Shown one piece after another: positions 9,538 to 19,764 of a DNA stretch of 64,000 nucleotides. Each line of letters starts with the position of its first letter. The first letter of the stretch is position 1. The notes beneath the pieces were generated by a model. The model ran no database searches and was not told the DNA's origin. It saw only the letters and a program-made list of their open reading frames with translations. This stretch comes from a virus (lineage: Duplodnaviria > Caudoviricetes). The translations under genes and the position numbers were made by a program. Where the stretch lies: positions 1-64,000 of IMG/VR virus record IMGVR_UViG_3300028601_000031; one strand, given 5' to 3'.

Positions 9538-10800
9538 AATTTTATTTAATTGGAAATTAATATCATCCTTGTATGTTATTCTAATTAATTCAATATTGTT
9601 ATTTGAGCAATATTCATTTTTTATTTTATCTTTTGTTTTTTGTTCATTTAATCTTTTATCACCACCAAAAACTTTTAAAGATTTAAAATGTTGAATACCA
9701 TCATATTCAATACAAATATTATAATCTGTTAAATAAAAATCGAAAGGTAATGGTAGTTTATATTTACAATCTTTGAATCTTTTTTGATTGATATATTTTA
9801 TATTATTATCTTCTAAAAATATTCTTATTTTTCTTTCTCCTATAGATTCTTTACATTTCGGACAACCACTTTTTTTGCTTATATGATTATTTGGTGTTAC
9901 GTTAAAATCACCGTGTATTGGACAAGTTACTATCATTTTTGTTGAATTATTAATATAAATTGATTTATTATAAGAATAAAAATTATTATGAACATCATTT
10001 GATTTTTTTATAATATCATTTAAATTATTTTTTAATTTACCACTACATTTAATGCAACCGTGCCCTTTTAAATGGTCATCTGGTCTTTGTTCAAAAACAC
10101 CGTGTTTTGGACAAATTATTTTAACTTTAGTTTTATTATTAATGTAATTAACTAAAGAATAGTTATAATAATTATTATGTTTAATATTTGATAATCTTTT
10201 AAATTCTTTTTCAGATTTCTTTGTATCTTGACATTTTGGACATTTTTGACCATTTAAATGAGCATATGGTCTTTGTTCAAATAAACCATGTATAGGACAA
10301 ATTATTTTAACCTTAGTTTTATTATTTATATAATTAACCAAAGAATAATCATAATAATTATTATGAATAATTAATGATTTATTTATAAATTTATCATTAT
10401 TATATCTTAATTTATCGATATGACATGATGGACAACCATTACCTTTTAAATGAGCATATGGTCTTTGTTCAAACATACCATGTACAGGACAAATTATTTT
10501 TACTTTAATATGTGAATTTTTATAATTAACTAAAGAATAATCATAATAATTATTATGAATTAATATTGATTTTTTTATAAAATCTTCATTTGTAATAATT
10601 CTTTTTAAGATACTACATTTTGGGCATTTTGATCCTCTAATATGATGTGATGGTAATTGTTCAAAAACGCCGTGAATTGGACATATAATTTTAATTTTTG
10701 TGTTATTATTAATATAATCAATTAAAGAGTAGTCATAATAATTATTATGAACTTTATTACAACATTTTTTTAATTGATCAATTGTTCTTTTTTTACTCAT
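9517..10800 (-). CDS. Putative homing endonuclease: 5 Zn-binding repeats (DUF723-like) plus PD-(D/E)xK/Vsr-like nuclease
   Basis: Repeat YDYS..Y....K.KIICPxHG.F.Q.P..H..G..CxxC; C-terminal FDFY, IEYDGIQH, LIRI. Confidence 0.8.
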   Translation of the reverse strand: MSKKRTIDQLKKCCNKVHNNYYDYSLIDYINNNTKIKIICPIHGVFEQLPSHHIRGSKCPKCSILKRIITNEDFIKKSILIHNNYYDYSLVNYKNSHIKVKIICPVHGMFEQRPYAHLKGNGCPSCHIDKLRYNNDKFINKSLIIHNNYYDYSLVNYINNKTKVKIICPIHGLFEQRPYAHLNGQKCPKCQDTKKSEKEFKRLSNIKHNNYYNYSLVNYINNKTKVKIICPKHGVFEQRPDDHLKGHGCIKCSGKLKNNLNDIIKKSNDVHNNFYSYNKSIYINNSTKMIVTCPIHGDFNVTPNNHISKKSGCPKCKESIGERKIRIFLEDNNIKYINQKRFKDCKYKLPLPFDFYLTDYNICIEYDGIQHFKSLKVFGGDKRLNEQKTKDKIKNEYCSNNNIELIRITYKDDINFQLNKIKKGLKY

Positions 10801-10812
10801 ATTTATATATAT

Positions 10813-10845
10813 AAAAAAAACCGAAGTTTTAAAACTTCGGTTTTT
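10813..10845 (-). terminator. Terminator after the MoxR gene
   Basis: CCGAAGTTTT/AAAACTTCGG with A/T tails. Confidence 0.75.
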
Positions 10846-10848
10846 CCT

Positions 10849-12033
10849 TTATTCGTCAATTTTAGGTACGTGTTCTAAAATTGCATTATAGAATTTTTCA
10901 AATCTTTCGTCTGATAAGAATTCTTCTACAGCATCATTATCATCATCATTCACTTTCATATATTTGTAGTCATCATCTAATATTTTTAGAATAAAAGATA
11001 CTGCCTCGTCATCTGAAATAGAAAGAATGAATTTTTTAACATTTTCTCTTTGATAATCTTTTAATCCCATTATATTCATTTGTTTTAATGAATTTAATAG
11101 TTCAGATTTTTTATCTCTGTTTAGAGATTCGATTTGTTCTTTTAGTTCATCATACCTTTCTAGTAAGTCTTTTATACCAAATTTCAAGCTCTCATCTAAG
11201 TATCTAATGAATCTAGAATTTGCACCAGTTCCAACATAACCTGCTCCCAATTCTCTAACATCATCGATAAAATCTCTGATACTAGATTCCATTCCGTAAT
11301 TTCTAACGATATAATCGCTTAAAAATGTCCAAGAACGTGGTGTAGCGTAAGCATTTTGAGTTTTTGATCTTTTATCATCGAAACTATGTAGGAAATGTTC
11401 TTCATTACTCTTTAAGAAGTTAATAATAACTGGATGGACATTTTCGTTAGCGAAATCATCTATCCATTCTGGTAATGTTAATGTGTGTTGCATATGGATA
11501 AGTCGGTTATTAAGAGCTCTGTCGAATTCTTCAACATCTGTACCATCCATTTCACCTAAGTTACCAGATGACACCATGTACACATTATCATTAAATTTGA
11601 AATCTACGCCAATTGATCTTTCTAAAAGAATTTGAAGAGCAGCGTTTCTAACAGCAAGGGGTGCTCTGTTTAATTCTTCGAAGTGAATAATTGTTGGTGA
11701 TTGATTTGCCATATATGCCCATTTAGGGATAGCGTATGACATAACGCTAATAATTTTTCTAACACTCTCGCCAGTATGATCATTTAAATCAATTTCCATT
11801 TCTTCTCTATATGGGAAAAGACCAACATCAATTTCATCTACCATTGAAAGACGAACATCAAAGTATTGAAAACCTAATTTTTTAGCAATGGTTCTCATAA
11901 TTGCTGATTTTGCTACACCTGGTTCTGCTGTAATGAATAATACTCCAGATTGACCATACATTATTCTGAAATACTTTTTCTGTTTAGCAGTTAAGGTATT
12001 AAATTTTTCTTCGTCTACTTTTAAAAACATCAT
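10849..12033 (-). CDS. MoxR-like AAA+ ATPase
   Basis: AEPGVAKS Walker A variant, HFEELNRA, SGN, ALNNR, TPRSW. Confidence 0.85.
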   Translation of the reverse strand: MMFLKVDEEKFNTLTAKQKKYFRIMYGQSGVLFITAEPGVAKSAIMRTIAKKLGFQYFDVRLSMVDEIDVGLFPYREEMEIDLNDHTGESVRKIISVMSYAIPKWAYMANQSPTIIHFEELNRAPLAVRNAALQILLERSIGVDFKFNDNVYMVSSGNLGEMDGTDVEEFDRALNNRLIHMQHTLTLPEWIDDFANENVHPVIINFLKSNEEHFLHSFDDKRSKTQNAYATPRSWTFLSDYIVRNYGMESSIRDFIDDVRELGAGYVGTGANSRFIRYLDESLKFGIKDLLERYDELKEQIESLNRDKKSELLNSLKQMNIMGLKDYQRENVKKFILSISDDEAVSFILKILDDDYKYMKVNDDDNDAVEEFLSDERFEKFYNAILEHVPKIDE

Positions 12034-12081
12034 AATATTTAAATTTTAAATTTGATTACAAATATATAAATAATTTTTTAA

Positions 12082-12342
12082 TTAATCAACAGTTTGTTCA
12101 TAATCTTTTAATAATTCTTCAAGAATATCTTTAATAATAGGATTATTAAAAATAACTTCATATGAATTTGGTAATTTTTCTTCTGTATCATCTGAAGTAA
12201 ATTTATAATCAATAGTATCTACTATGTTATTAACAACTTCTTTTAGTTCGTCTTTTGGTAATTCTACCATTTCATTTAATAGTTCTTCGACTTGTGCATC
12301 TGATGCATTCAAATAGTCAAAATTTTTAACTTTTTCAATCAT
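12082..12342 (-). CDS. Acidic hypothetical protein
   Basis: ORF between vWA and MoxR genes. Confidence 0.65.
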   Translation of the reverse strand: MIEKVKNFDYLNASDAQVEELLNEMVELPKDELKEVVNNIVDTIDYKFTSDDTEEKLPNSYEVIFNNPIIKDILEELLKDYEQTVD

Positions 12343-12365
12343 AATTTTTCAATTTTATTTTTATT

Positions 12366-13988
12366 TTAATTACTATGTAATGAGTTTTCAACATCAATTT
12401 CAATTATTTTAACAATTCCCTTAGGATCATTTATTCTAGGTGCTGTTCTAGTAGTCAATATAAGAGTTTTACCTTTTATCATTGAAAAATCTAAATGATC
12501 ACATTCACCGTCAGTTAACATAACAGTATTATACGAAAATAGTTTGTTTTTAGGTTCACTAATATAATCCAAAGCAGGTTGCAATGTAGTTCCACCTAAT
12601 CCCTTTATTACTAATTTTTCCAAATCTTTTTTTGTTTTAATGCCCTCTACTGCTTTAACTTGTGTATCAATTTGAATAAGATTTATATGAATATCGTTTT
12701 GGAATACGTATGATAAAACTGATTCAAAATCACCACTCATTGATCCTGATGTATCTAAAATACAATTTATTACATTTTTAAATTTTTTCTTACCCTTTAT
12801 ACCCTCAATGCCTCTTCTATTTGGTTTAGTAATAGATTTTCTTTTAGTTGTACCAAACACATGATGAGATATAGTTCTTTTAATTTCTTTAAGGTAATCA
12901 TGTTTTGATTTTCTTAATTTATTAAGAATTTTCTCAACATCTGATGTAACAAGACCTCTGTTTTTAAGTCTTTGCATGAAATCATTAACCATAGATTTTC
13001 TAGCATCCTCTGGTACATCATCATCTATATGACTATCCAATGTAGTTTTTTCTCCTCTTTCCATAGAATCAAATATTGAATCTAAAGATTGACATTCTAT
13101 ATTATTTTGTCCATAGTTACCTATTCTATCTTTACCAAAACTATCTTTTGTGTGATCTATATCACTATTATCACCATTTTGGTCAGATTCTTGGTCACCT
13201 GGTTGTTGTCCACCTTGACCAATATCATCGTTTTCCCCTTTGCCTTTTCCTCCTTTTTGTTTACTGTTACCACTTTGTCCACCTTTTTGTTCTTGACTTT
13301 TATCTTGACTTTGTTCTTGATTTTGATCTTGACTTTGTGATTTATTATTATAATTTTGTAATTTTTCTTTTCTATTTTTATATTCTGCATATTTATCTTT
13401 TAACCATTCGTAAAGGTTTTCGAATATATGTTCTCCTTTGTATTCAACAGGAATAAACAATCCCATATTTTTATTATAGAAAGGATTTTTAATAGGATTT
13501 CCATTTTTATCTAAAACAGGTGTTCCATCTTTTTTAGTTAAAAATTCTTCTCTGCTTTTTGGAATTGTTACTTTACCTTTATTCTTATCATTAGACATGA
13601 TTTCATCATGAATGATTTGATTAATAATCATATCTTGTGCAATATTAGAGAATTCCTTATTATACATAATTGATCTTTTTGTGTGATCAAATAATAGGTG
13701 AAAATCTTCATGTAATAATAAGAATAATGCTTCAGTATCTAATAAACTATCTACGAATTCTCTATTCCAGTAAAAATTACATCCTTCCTTTGAAACATTT
13801 ACTCCACAAGTAGGAATACTATTTGTTTCATAATAGTTAAGGAAAGTTTGAAATTCGGCATAATATGGTAAAATGTTAGCAGATAACATCATCACAGTAC
13901 AATCAATAAATTTAGGATGTTCTCCTTTTCTCATTATTAATTGTGATGTATTTTTTACGATTTCATTATTTTTAATTTCTTGATTCAT
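12366..13988 (-). CDS. Metallopeptidase-like (HExxH) plus vWA domain protein
   Basis: LHEDFH, Q/G-rich linker, LDTSGSM, GGT, LTDG. Confidence 0.85.
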   Translation of the reverse strand: MNQEIKNNEIVKNTSQLIMRKGEHPKFIDCTVMMLSANILPYYAEFQTFLNYYETNSIPTCGVNVSKEGCNFYWNREFVDSLLDTEALFLLLHEDFHLLFDHTKRSIMYNKEFSNIAQDMIINQIIHDEIMSNDKNKGKVTIPKSREEFLTKKDGTPVLDKNGNPIKNPFYNKNMGLFIPVEYKGEHIFENLYEWLKDKYAEYKNRKEKLQNYNNKSQSQDQNQEQSQDKSQEQKGGQSGNSKQKGGKGKGENDDIGQGGQQPGDQESDQNGDNSDIDHTKDSFGKDRIGNYGQNNIECQSLDSIFDSMERGEKTTLDSHIDDDVPEDARKSMVNDFMQRLKNRGLVTSDVEKILNKLRKSKHDYLKEIKRTISHHVFGTTKRKSITKPNRRGIEGIKGKKKFKNVINCILDTSGSMSGDFESVLSYVFQNDIHINLIQIDTQVKAVEGIKTKKDLEKLVIKGLGGTTLQPALDYISEPKNKLFSYNTVMLTDGECDHLDFSMIKGKTLILTTRTAPRINDPKGIVKIIEIDVENSLHSN

Positions 13989-14031
13989 TCTGGTTATTTT
14001 ATAAATTATGGTACAAAAATAATAAAAAGTT

Positions 14032-14946
14032 TTAAATATTCAAAAAGTTTTTTAACTTTTCTTCTATATTATCATTATATTTTATTCTTAGTAGATTTAT
14101 ATTATTATTTTTACAATATTCGTTCTTTATTTGATCTCGTTTTTTTAATTTTTCTAATTTTTCAATACCTCCAAAAAATTTTAAAGGTTCGAAATGTTGA
14201 ATTCCATCATGTTCTATACATGAATTATATTCAGGTAAATAAAAATCAAATTTTAACAATTTTTTGTATTTACAATCATTAAATATTTTTTGTGTTTCAA
14301 AATTTATATTATTATTTTTTAATAGACTTTCTATATATTTTTCACCTTTTGGTATATTACACTTTGGACATCCTGATTTTTTATTTATGTGATTATTTGG
14401 TGTTACTTGAAAAATACCGTGTTTTTTACATATTATTTTTACTTTAGTTTTTGCATCAATATAATTACATAAACTATAATTCCATTCATTATTATGAATT
14501 ATATTTGATTCTTTTATAAAATTTTCATTTGTTTTTTGAATATTATTTGCGCAATATTTACAACCTTTTCCGTTTAAATGATTATTAATTTGTTGTTTAA
14601 ATATACCATGAATAGGACATATTATTTTTATTATCGTTTTTTGTGTTTTATAATTATTATCATTATCATTTAAAAACAAAGAATATTCATATTTATTATT
14701 ATGTATTTTATTAGATTTATTAATTATTTCTTCTTTTGTTAATTTTATATTTCTACCATTACATTTTGGACATTTTTGACCTTGTGAATGATCATTTGGT
14801 CGTTGTTCAAATATACCATGTTTTTTACATATTATTTTTACTTTAGTTTTTGTATTTATAAAATTAACTAATGAATAATCATATTCATCTTTATGAACTT
14901 TAATAAAATTTTTAATTATATCATATTTTGTTAATTTTATTCCCAA
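14032..14946 (-). CDS. Putative homing endonuclease with 3 Zn-binding repeats
   Basis: Paralog of 9517..10800; FDFY, IEHDGIQH. Confidence 0.8.
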   Translation of the reverse strand: MGIKLTKYDIIKNFIKVHKDEYDYSLVNFINTKTKVKIICKKHGIFEQRPNDHSQGQKCPKCNGRNIKLTKEEIINKSNKIHNNKYEYSLFLNDNDNNYKTQKTIIKIICPIHGIFKQQINNHLNGKGCKYCANNIQKTNENFIKESNIIHNNEWNYSLCNYIDAKTKVKIICKKHGIFQVTPNNHINKKSGCPKCNIPKGEKYIESLLKNNNINFETQKIFNDCKYKKLLKFDFYLPEYNSCIEHDGIQHFEPLKFFGGIEKLEKLKKRDQIKNEYCKNNNINLLRIKYNDNIEEKLKNFLNI

Positions 14947-14973
14947 TTTATAAATTATTTTTATATTATATAT

Positions 14974-15005
14974 AAAAAAGACAGTTTTGTTAAACTGTCT
15001 TTTTT
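14974..15005 (-). terminator. Terminator after pncB
   Basis: AAAAAGACAGTTT/AAACTGTCTTTTT. Confidence 0.75.
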
Positions 15006-15011
15006 AATGGT

Positions 15012-16178
15012 TTAATTAATTCTTAATATTTTCTTACATAATTCAACTTCATCTTTATCACCTGTATTTTTACCTTTATTATCTGAAAGTTTAACTGCAG
15101 GAATCCAATCATCATTGAATAAAACTTCTGAAATTTTAATAACCATATTTAATGGTTTAACACCCAGATCATTAGTTAAATATGTTCCAATTCCAAAGGC
15201 ACTTTTAATTTTACCAACACAATATTCTTTTATTTGTGTTGCTAAATCAGTATTTAACCCGTCACTAAAAATAATAGTTTTTGACATAGGATCAATTCCC
15301 ATTGATTTGTAATGATTTATTACCTTATCAGTAAATTCAAATGGATCACCACTATCATGTCTAACTCCATCAAATAATTTAGATTGTTTCATATCAAATG
15401 ATTTGAAGAAAACATCAGATGTATAAGTATCTGATAAAGCTATACCAAGCGATCCTTCATAGGTATTAACCCAGTTATCCAATGATAATTTATTTGACAT
15501 TTTATAACCAAATAATGCAGCATGTACCATAAACCATTCGTGTGCCATAGTACCTGTACATCTGATATTATATTTATATGCTAAAAAAATATTTGATGTA
15601 CCTGTAAAAATAGGACAATCCTTATAAAGTGCTACAATTTTTTCTTGATTAAGGAATGAATATCTCCTTCTTGTTCCAAAGTCAGCAAAAAATGCATTAT
15701 GATCAATCATTTTTTGTAGTTTATTTTTATCCTTTATTATGATTTTTTCATCATAAATATCAACGATTTGACCAGTTTTTTGAAAGTAAAGTTCTGATAT
15801 GATTGCCATTAAAGGTACTTCCCATAGAATTGTACGAAACCAGAATCCTTCAATATCAATGTGTAATTTATTATTGTCATCTAAATAGACATCAACTTCT
15901 GATGAATCAAAACGATATCCACTTAGAAAATCAATATATGTAGGTGGTAGGAATTTTCCTAAATTTTTATTTACCCATGTTTTTTCGGATTGTGTTAAAA
16001 ACAAAGATTCCATATTTTTAACTTCATCCATAACATCTTTATCAAAATTATCAGGGAAAGAAATATTATTTCTATCTGTGAATTTATATCTAACCTTTTG
16101 ATAAGGAAAATTTTTAACAACGGCGAATCCCATTGTTAGTTTATAAAGATCGGTGTCTAAAATACTTTTGATTATCAT
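15012..16178 (-). CDS. pncB: Nicotinate phosphoribosyltransferase
   Basis: LDTDLYKLTM, DFGTRRR, GTMAHEW, GVRHDSGDP, FSDGL, FGIGT, KLSD; start moved to ATG at 16178. Confidence 0.95.
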   Translation of the reverse strand: MIIKSILDTDLYKLTMGFAVVKNFPYQKVRYKFTDRNNISFPDNFDKDVMDEVKNMESLFLTQSEKTWVNKNLGKFLPPTYIDFLSGYRFDSSEVDVYLDDNNKLHIDIEGFWFRTILWEVPLMAIISELYFQKTGQIVDIYDEKIIIKDKNKLQKMIDHNAFFADFGTRRRYSFLNQEKIVALYKDCPIFTGTSNIFLAYKYNIRCTGTMAHEWFMVHAALFGYKMSNKLSLDNWVNTYEGSLGIALSDTYTSDVFFKSFDMKQSKLFDGVRHDSGDPFEFTDKVINHYKSMGIDPMSKTIIFSDGLNTDLATQIKEYCVGKIKSAFGIGTYLTNDLGVKPLNMVIKISEVLFNDDWIPAVKLSDNKGKNTGDKDEVELCKKILRIN

Positions 16179-16195
16179 ATAATTATATTTTAAGT

Positions 16196-16357
16196 TTATT
16201 TTTGTGATTCCCAAATTATTTGAATTTCTCTACCTGTTAGAGAATATAATACCCTATCATCGAAATATTGTTTACATAATTCAATTTTTACATCAGTGTC
16301 TAATTTATTCCACCATGCTAATGCAGATATTCTTTTGTTTTGAAATTTAGTTAACAT
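16196..16357 (-). CDS. Small hypothetical protein (53 aa), paralog of 58859..59065
   Basis: Hand-translated; ALAWWNKL...LTGREI matches ALNWWNDL...LTGDEI; host-type promoter at 16374-16405. Confidence 0.6.
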   Translation of the reverse strand: MLTKFQNKRISALAWWNKLDTDVKIELCKQYFDDRVLYSLTGREIQIIWESQK

Positions 16358-16408
16358 ATTATTTTATTTTTTACAAAAATACACATATTTTAATAACTAA
16401 ACAAATAA

Positions 16409-16939
16409 TTACGCTAATTTTTTACCTTTTAATAATTCACGTAAAAATAAATTTTTTTCACCGTTCATTATTTCTTCAGTCCATTTATAGAACAGGGTTG
16501 GGTATTTTCGTTTTAATTCATCATATGATTTTTTTCTATCATCTAATGGATGATAAGAATGTTCCAATAAATATTCTTTCCAATCTGGATATTTTTCATA
16601 ATCCCATACATGTTCATCACAAATAAAACAAACAGCGGTAAGTGCATCATTTAAATCAGGTTCTTTAAATGATGCAATTTTAATCTGTTCGTTTTTAATA
16701 TTTGCATCATAATTTAATAAATCAATATAGATTTTATTTAATGTTCCTAATCTATCCGGATGTTCATTTGTTGTACCACCATTTAATATAATCCAAGTTT
16801 TATGATTATCGACAAAATCTTTAAATAGTTCAGTATCACCATATCTTCTTGCATATTCTAAAGCAGCATGTCCTGCTTGAATAGATTGTTGAATTGGTGA
16901 AATATTATAAGGTACAAAAAAATACATTCTTTTTTCCAT
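16409..16939 (-). CDS. Peptidyl-tRNA hydrolase 2 (PTH2)-like protein
   Basis: MYFFV, QAGHAA, FKEPDL..ALTAV. Confidence 0.6.
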   Translation of the reverse strand: MEKRMYFFVPYNISPIQQSIQAGHAALEYARRYGDTELFKDFVDNHKTWIILNGGTTNEHPDRLGTLNKIYIDLLNYDANIKNEQIKIASFKEPDLNDALTAVCFICDEHVWDYEKYPDWKEYLLEHSYHPLDDRKKSYDELKRKYPTLFYKWTEEIMNGEKNLFLRELLKGKKLA

Positions 16940-16944
16940 AAATT

Positions 16945-17325
16945 CTATTTATTAAAGTATGAATATAAATTTTTATAATATGTTAATAATTTTTTAACTT
17001 TTTTCATTTCTGAATCAGGTATACAATCTCTATAATATTGTATATAATATACACATAAACTATTTGTAATCATACCATTTTCTAATAGATAATCATTATT
17101 AGTTGAAATCATTCCACAGTCAGTTCGATGGAACCCTTTAAAACCTGATCCTTTGCGAAAATTTGGTTCTAATTTTATATCACTATAATTTGATGTTCCT
17201 TTAATTGATTTTGATAATGCAAATTCCATTATTTTTGTTAATTCATCATTAACAGGCACATCACTTTTTTCGTTTTTATCAGGTTCTATGTATAATAAGA
17301 ATACACTATCATCTATTCTATGCAT
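16945..17325 (-). CDS. Hypothetical protein
   Basis: ORF in operon; KGFHRTDCG. Confidence 0.6.
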   Translation of the reverse strand: MHRIDDSVFLLYIEPDKNEKSDVPVNDELTKIMEFALSKSIKGTSNYSDIKLEPNFRKGSGFKGFHRTDCGMISTNNDYLLENGMITNSLCVYYIQYYRDCIPDSEMKKVKKLLTYYKNLYSYFNK

Positions 17326-17329
17326 ATTA

Positions 17330-17845
17330 TTATTTAAAATTTTTCATAACGTATTTAACTACATCATCAATTGTATCCCAACTTTCAATTTCTTTCATAC
17401 TTATTGTACTTGATAAATATTTATCTAAATGATCAGATAATTCATATTTATCAATGTTAGACATATATAAATCATCAGTTAAATATATGTATATTGGTTC
17501 ATCGTTATATAATAAATCATCATTATCAACAAATGGTTCTAGTTCATCTCTAACTATATCTAATGCTTTTTGGTATGTGATATTGTAAGATTTAAATTCT
17601 TTTTTATCTACAATTTTATTATAATTTTTATCCATATATCCATTATATGTTAAACATCCGATTAACCAATAAATATTAAGATCATTACTAAAAAATTTAT
17701 CCCCTTGATTATTCGTAATAATATATTGTTCATCAATAGATTGGTGAACTGTGCATGATTCATTAGATAATATTATATTACCTTTAGGTGTTGTAGATTT
17801 CTTAAACCCGTTTAATTCTAAAAAATTAATAACTTCTTTATACAT
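17330..17845 (-). CDS. Hypothetical protein with C-terminal acyl-carrier-protein-like domain
   Basis: DDLYMSNIDKYEL...ISMKEIESWDTIDDVVKYV aligns by eye to ACP helices II-IV. Confidence 0.5.
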   Translation of the reverse strand: MYKEVINFLELNGFKKSTTPKGNIILSNESCTVHQSIDEQYIITNNQGDKFFSNDLNIYWLIGCLTYNGYMDKNYNKIVDKKEFKSYNITYQKALDIVRDELEPFVDNDDLLYNDEPIYIYLTDDLYMSNIDKYELSDHLDKYLSSTISMKEIESWDTIDDVVKYVMKNFK

Positions 17846-18475
17846 AATTATTTAATATTAAAAATTGTTAAATTTTCAATAAATGTACCATCATCATTTA
17901 TTCTGATAATTTCATTTATTTTTTGCATATTAGTAGTGTACTTTGAATAGTTTTCTTCTAATGTTTTAACATCATCAAAGAAAACTGGATAATCATCATA
18001 ATCCCATGTATCACAAACAGATATTATATATTTATGATTATTCTTTTTTGCTATTTTAATCCAATGATTAACATCTTGTCTTGTTGCTGTCATTTTTAAA
18101 TATTTCATTAAGTTTAAATCTTCTTTGTTTTAATTTACCAATATGATTTAATAAATCTCTATATTCTTCCTGTAATGATAATGAATATGATGCGGGATCA
18201 CTCCATTTAACATTCATTATTTTCTTTTTTAAACGAACTCTTTGTTTATGTAAATCATTAAATATCATAATTATCTTTGAAATATTGAAATAATTATACT
18301 TATAGTCATAAATAATATAACAATCGATATAAATGCTATAGGAATATACATAATTTTCAATAGAATATCATAACCATTTATGTTATATGATATTGTTAGT
18401 GTTATAATTAAAAATAATGATATTAATAGTTTAATACCTATATTTTTTTTAATTGCGTTTATTATTTTATCCATA

Positions 18476-19096
18476 TTATTTAATATATTTTTCAGAGTAT
18501 TCAAATCGAATACCATTAATTTTCATTTCTTCTATGTGTGGTTTAATATCATTTGTTATGAATTGAGTAGCATCTAATACTAAAGTAGTATCAAATCCCT
18601 CATTTATACTATCAATAGCAGTATATTTAACACAAAAATCACCAGCTAATCCACATATAATAGTTTCTGTTACATTTTTTTCTTTAAGAAATTCCGATAA
18701 ACCTGTTGAATTTTTATGATCATTATCAAAAAAAGCAGAATAACTGTCAACATCAGAATTCATTCCTTTTTTAAAAATATAAGAATTTGGCATTCCTATA
18801 ATAATATCATCATGTATATCTGAACCTCTTGTATTTTGAACACAATGGTCTGGCCAAAGAACTTGTTGAATTCCATTTAAATTAACAATATCAAAAACGT
18901 TTTTGTTTTCGTATTGTGATGCAAACGATTTATGATCAGATGGATGCCAATCTTTAGTAAAAATAATAATATCAAATTCTCCTTTTTGCGTTAAATCATT
19001 TATGATTGGTATGATTTTATTACTATCTTTTACTTCTAGATTTCCTCCTTCGAGAAAATCATACTGTACGTCAACTACAATTAGTGCTTTTTTCAT
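18476..19096 (-). CDS. pncA: Nicotinamidase
   Basis: VVDVQYDF, DWHP, LWPDHCVQ, KG..DSYSAF, GLAGDFCV. Confidence 0.95.
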   Translation of the reverse strand: MKKALIVVDVQYDFLEGGNLEVKDSNKIIPIINDLTQKGEFDIIIFTKDWHPSDHKSFASQYENKNVFDIVNLNGIQQVLWPDHCVQNTRGSDIHDDIIIGMPNSYIFKKGMNSDVDSYSAFFDNDHKNSTGLSEFLKEKNVTETIICGLAGDFCVKYTAIDSINEGFDTTLVLDATQFITNDIKPHIEEMKINGIRFEYSEKYIK

Positions 19097-19124
19097 AATA
19101 TGTAATATTTAATTGTTAATATTT

Positions 19125-19712
19125 TTATTTTTTAATTTTTAATGTATATATCATATCTTTTAACCTTGATGATATTAGTTCCTCACCTATTAAATCAATT
19201 TCTGCTAATAATTCAGATCTTTCTTGCGATGATATTTCAGATTTTAATTTAATTTTACTAATTAAATCTCGAATTTTATCTTTTGATTTTATTTTTTCTT
19301 CTTTTGATATTTGATAACTTTCATTTTCTAGTAAATTATGTCTAATATCATGAATATTAGACATAAAGGTTTTACATGGACAATCTACAATAGTATTATA
19401 TTCTGTTAAAACTCTAACACATCCATCAATCATATCCATTATAATATTTTGATTTGATGTAATAATTCTAAATTCATCATTAGATTTACTATTACATATC
19501 ATAGATATAAATTGTCTTAATTGTGGGATAGAAAGTTCTCTTTCTGGAAATAAAAAAGTACTTGGTGTATATTTTATTATATTTTCTAATTGATTATAAG
19601 TATGATAAGGTGCAACAATGCACTTTATTATCTTACCATTATACATGGTTTTTGATAATTTTTCTTGTTCTGGTGTTAAATCAAATAAATTTTCTGGTAT
19701 TGTCAAATTCAT
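19125..19712 (-). CDS. Hypothetical protein
   Basis: ORF with host-type promoter at 19730-19760. Confidence 0.65.
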   Translation of the reverse strand: MNLTIPENLFDLTPEQEKLSKTMYNGKIIKCIVAPYHTYNQLENIIKYTPSTFLFPERELSIPQLRQFISMICNSKSNDEFRIITSNQNIIMDMIDGCVRVLTEYNTIVDCPCKTFMSNIHDIRHNLLENESYQISKEEKIKSKDKIRDLISKIKLKSEISSQERSELLAEIDLIGEELISSRLKDMIYTLKIKK

Positions 19713-19764
19713 AATTTTTTTTATTTATACAAATTTAATAAATATATTTAAATATACAAAATTA

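Noticed and set aside
9517-10800. DNA-level repeats in the Zn-ribbon genes as DGR template/variable regions
   Set aside because: No reverse transcriptase in the window and differences are not adenine-specific; explained by protein repeats
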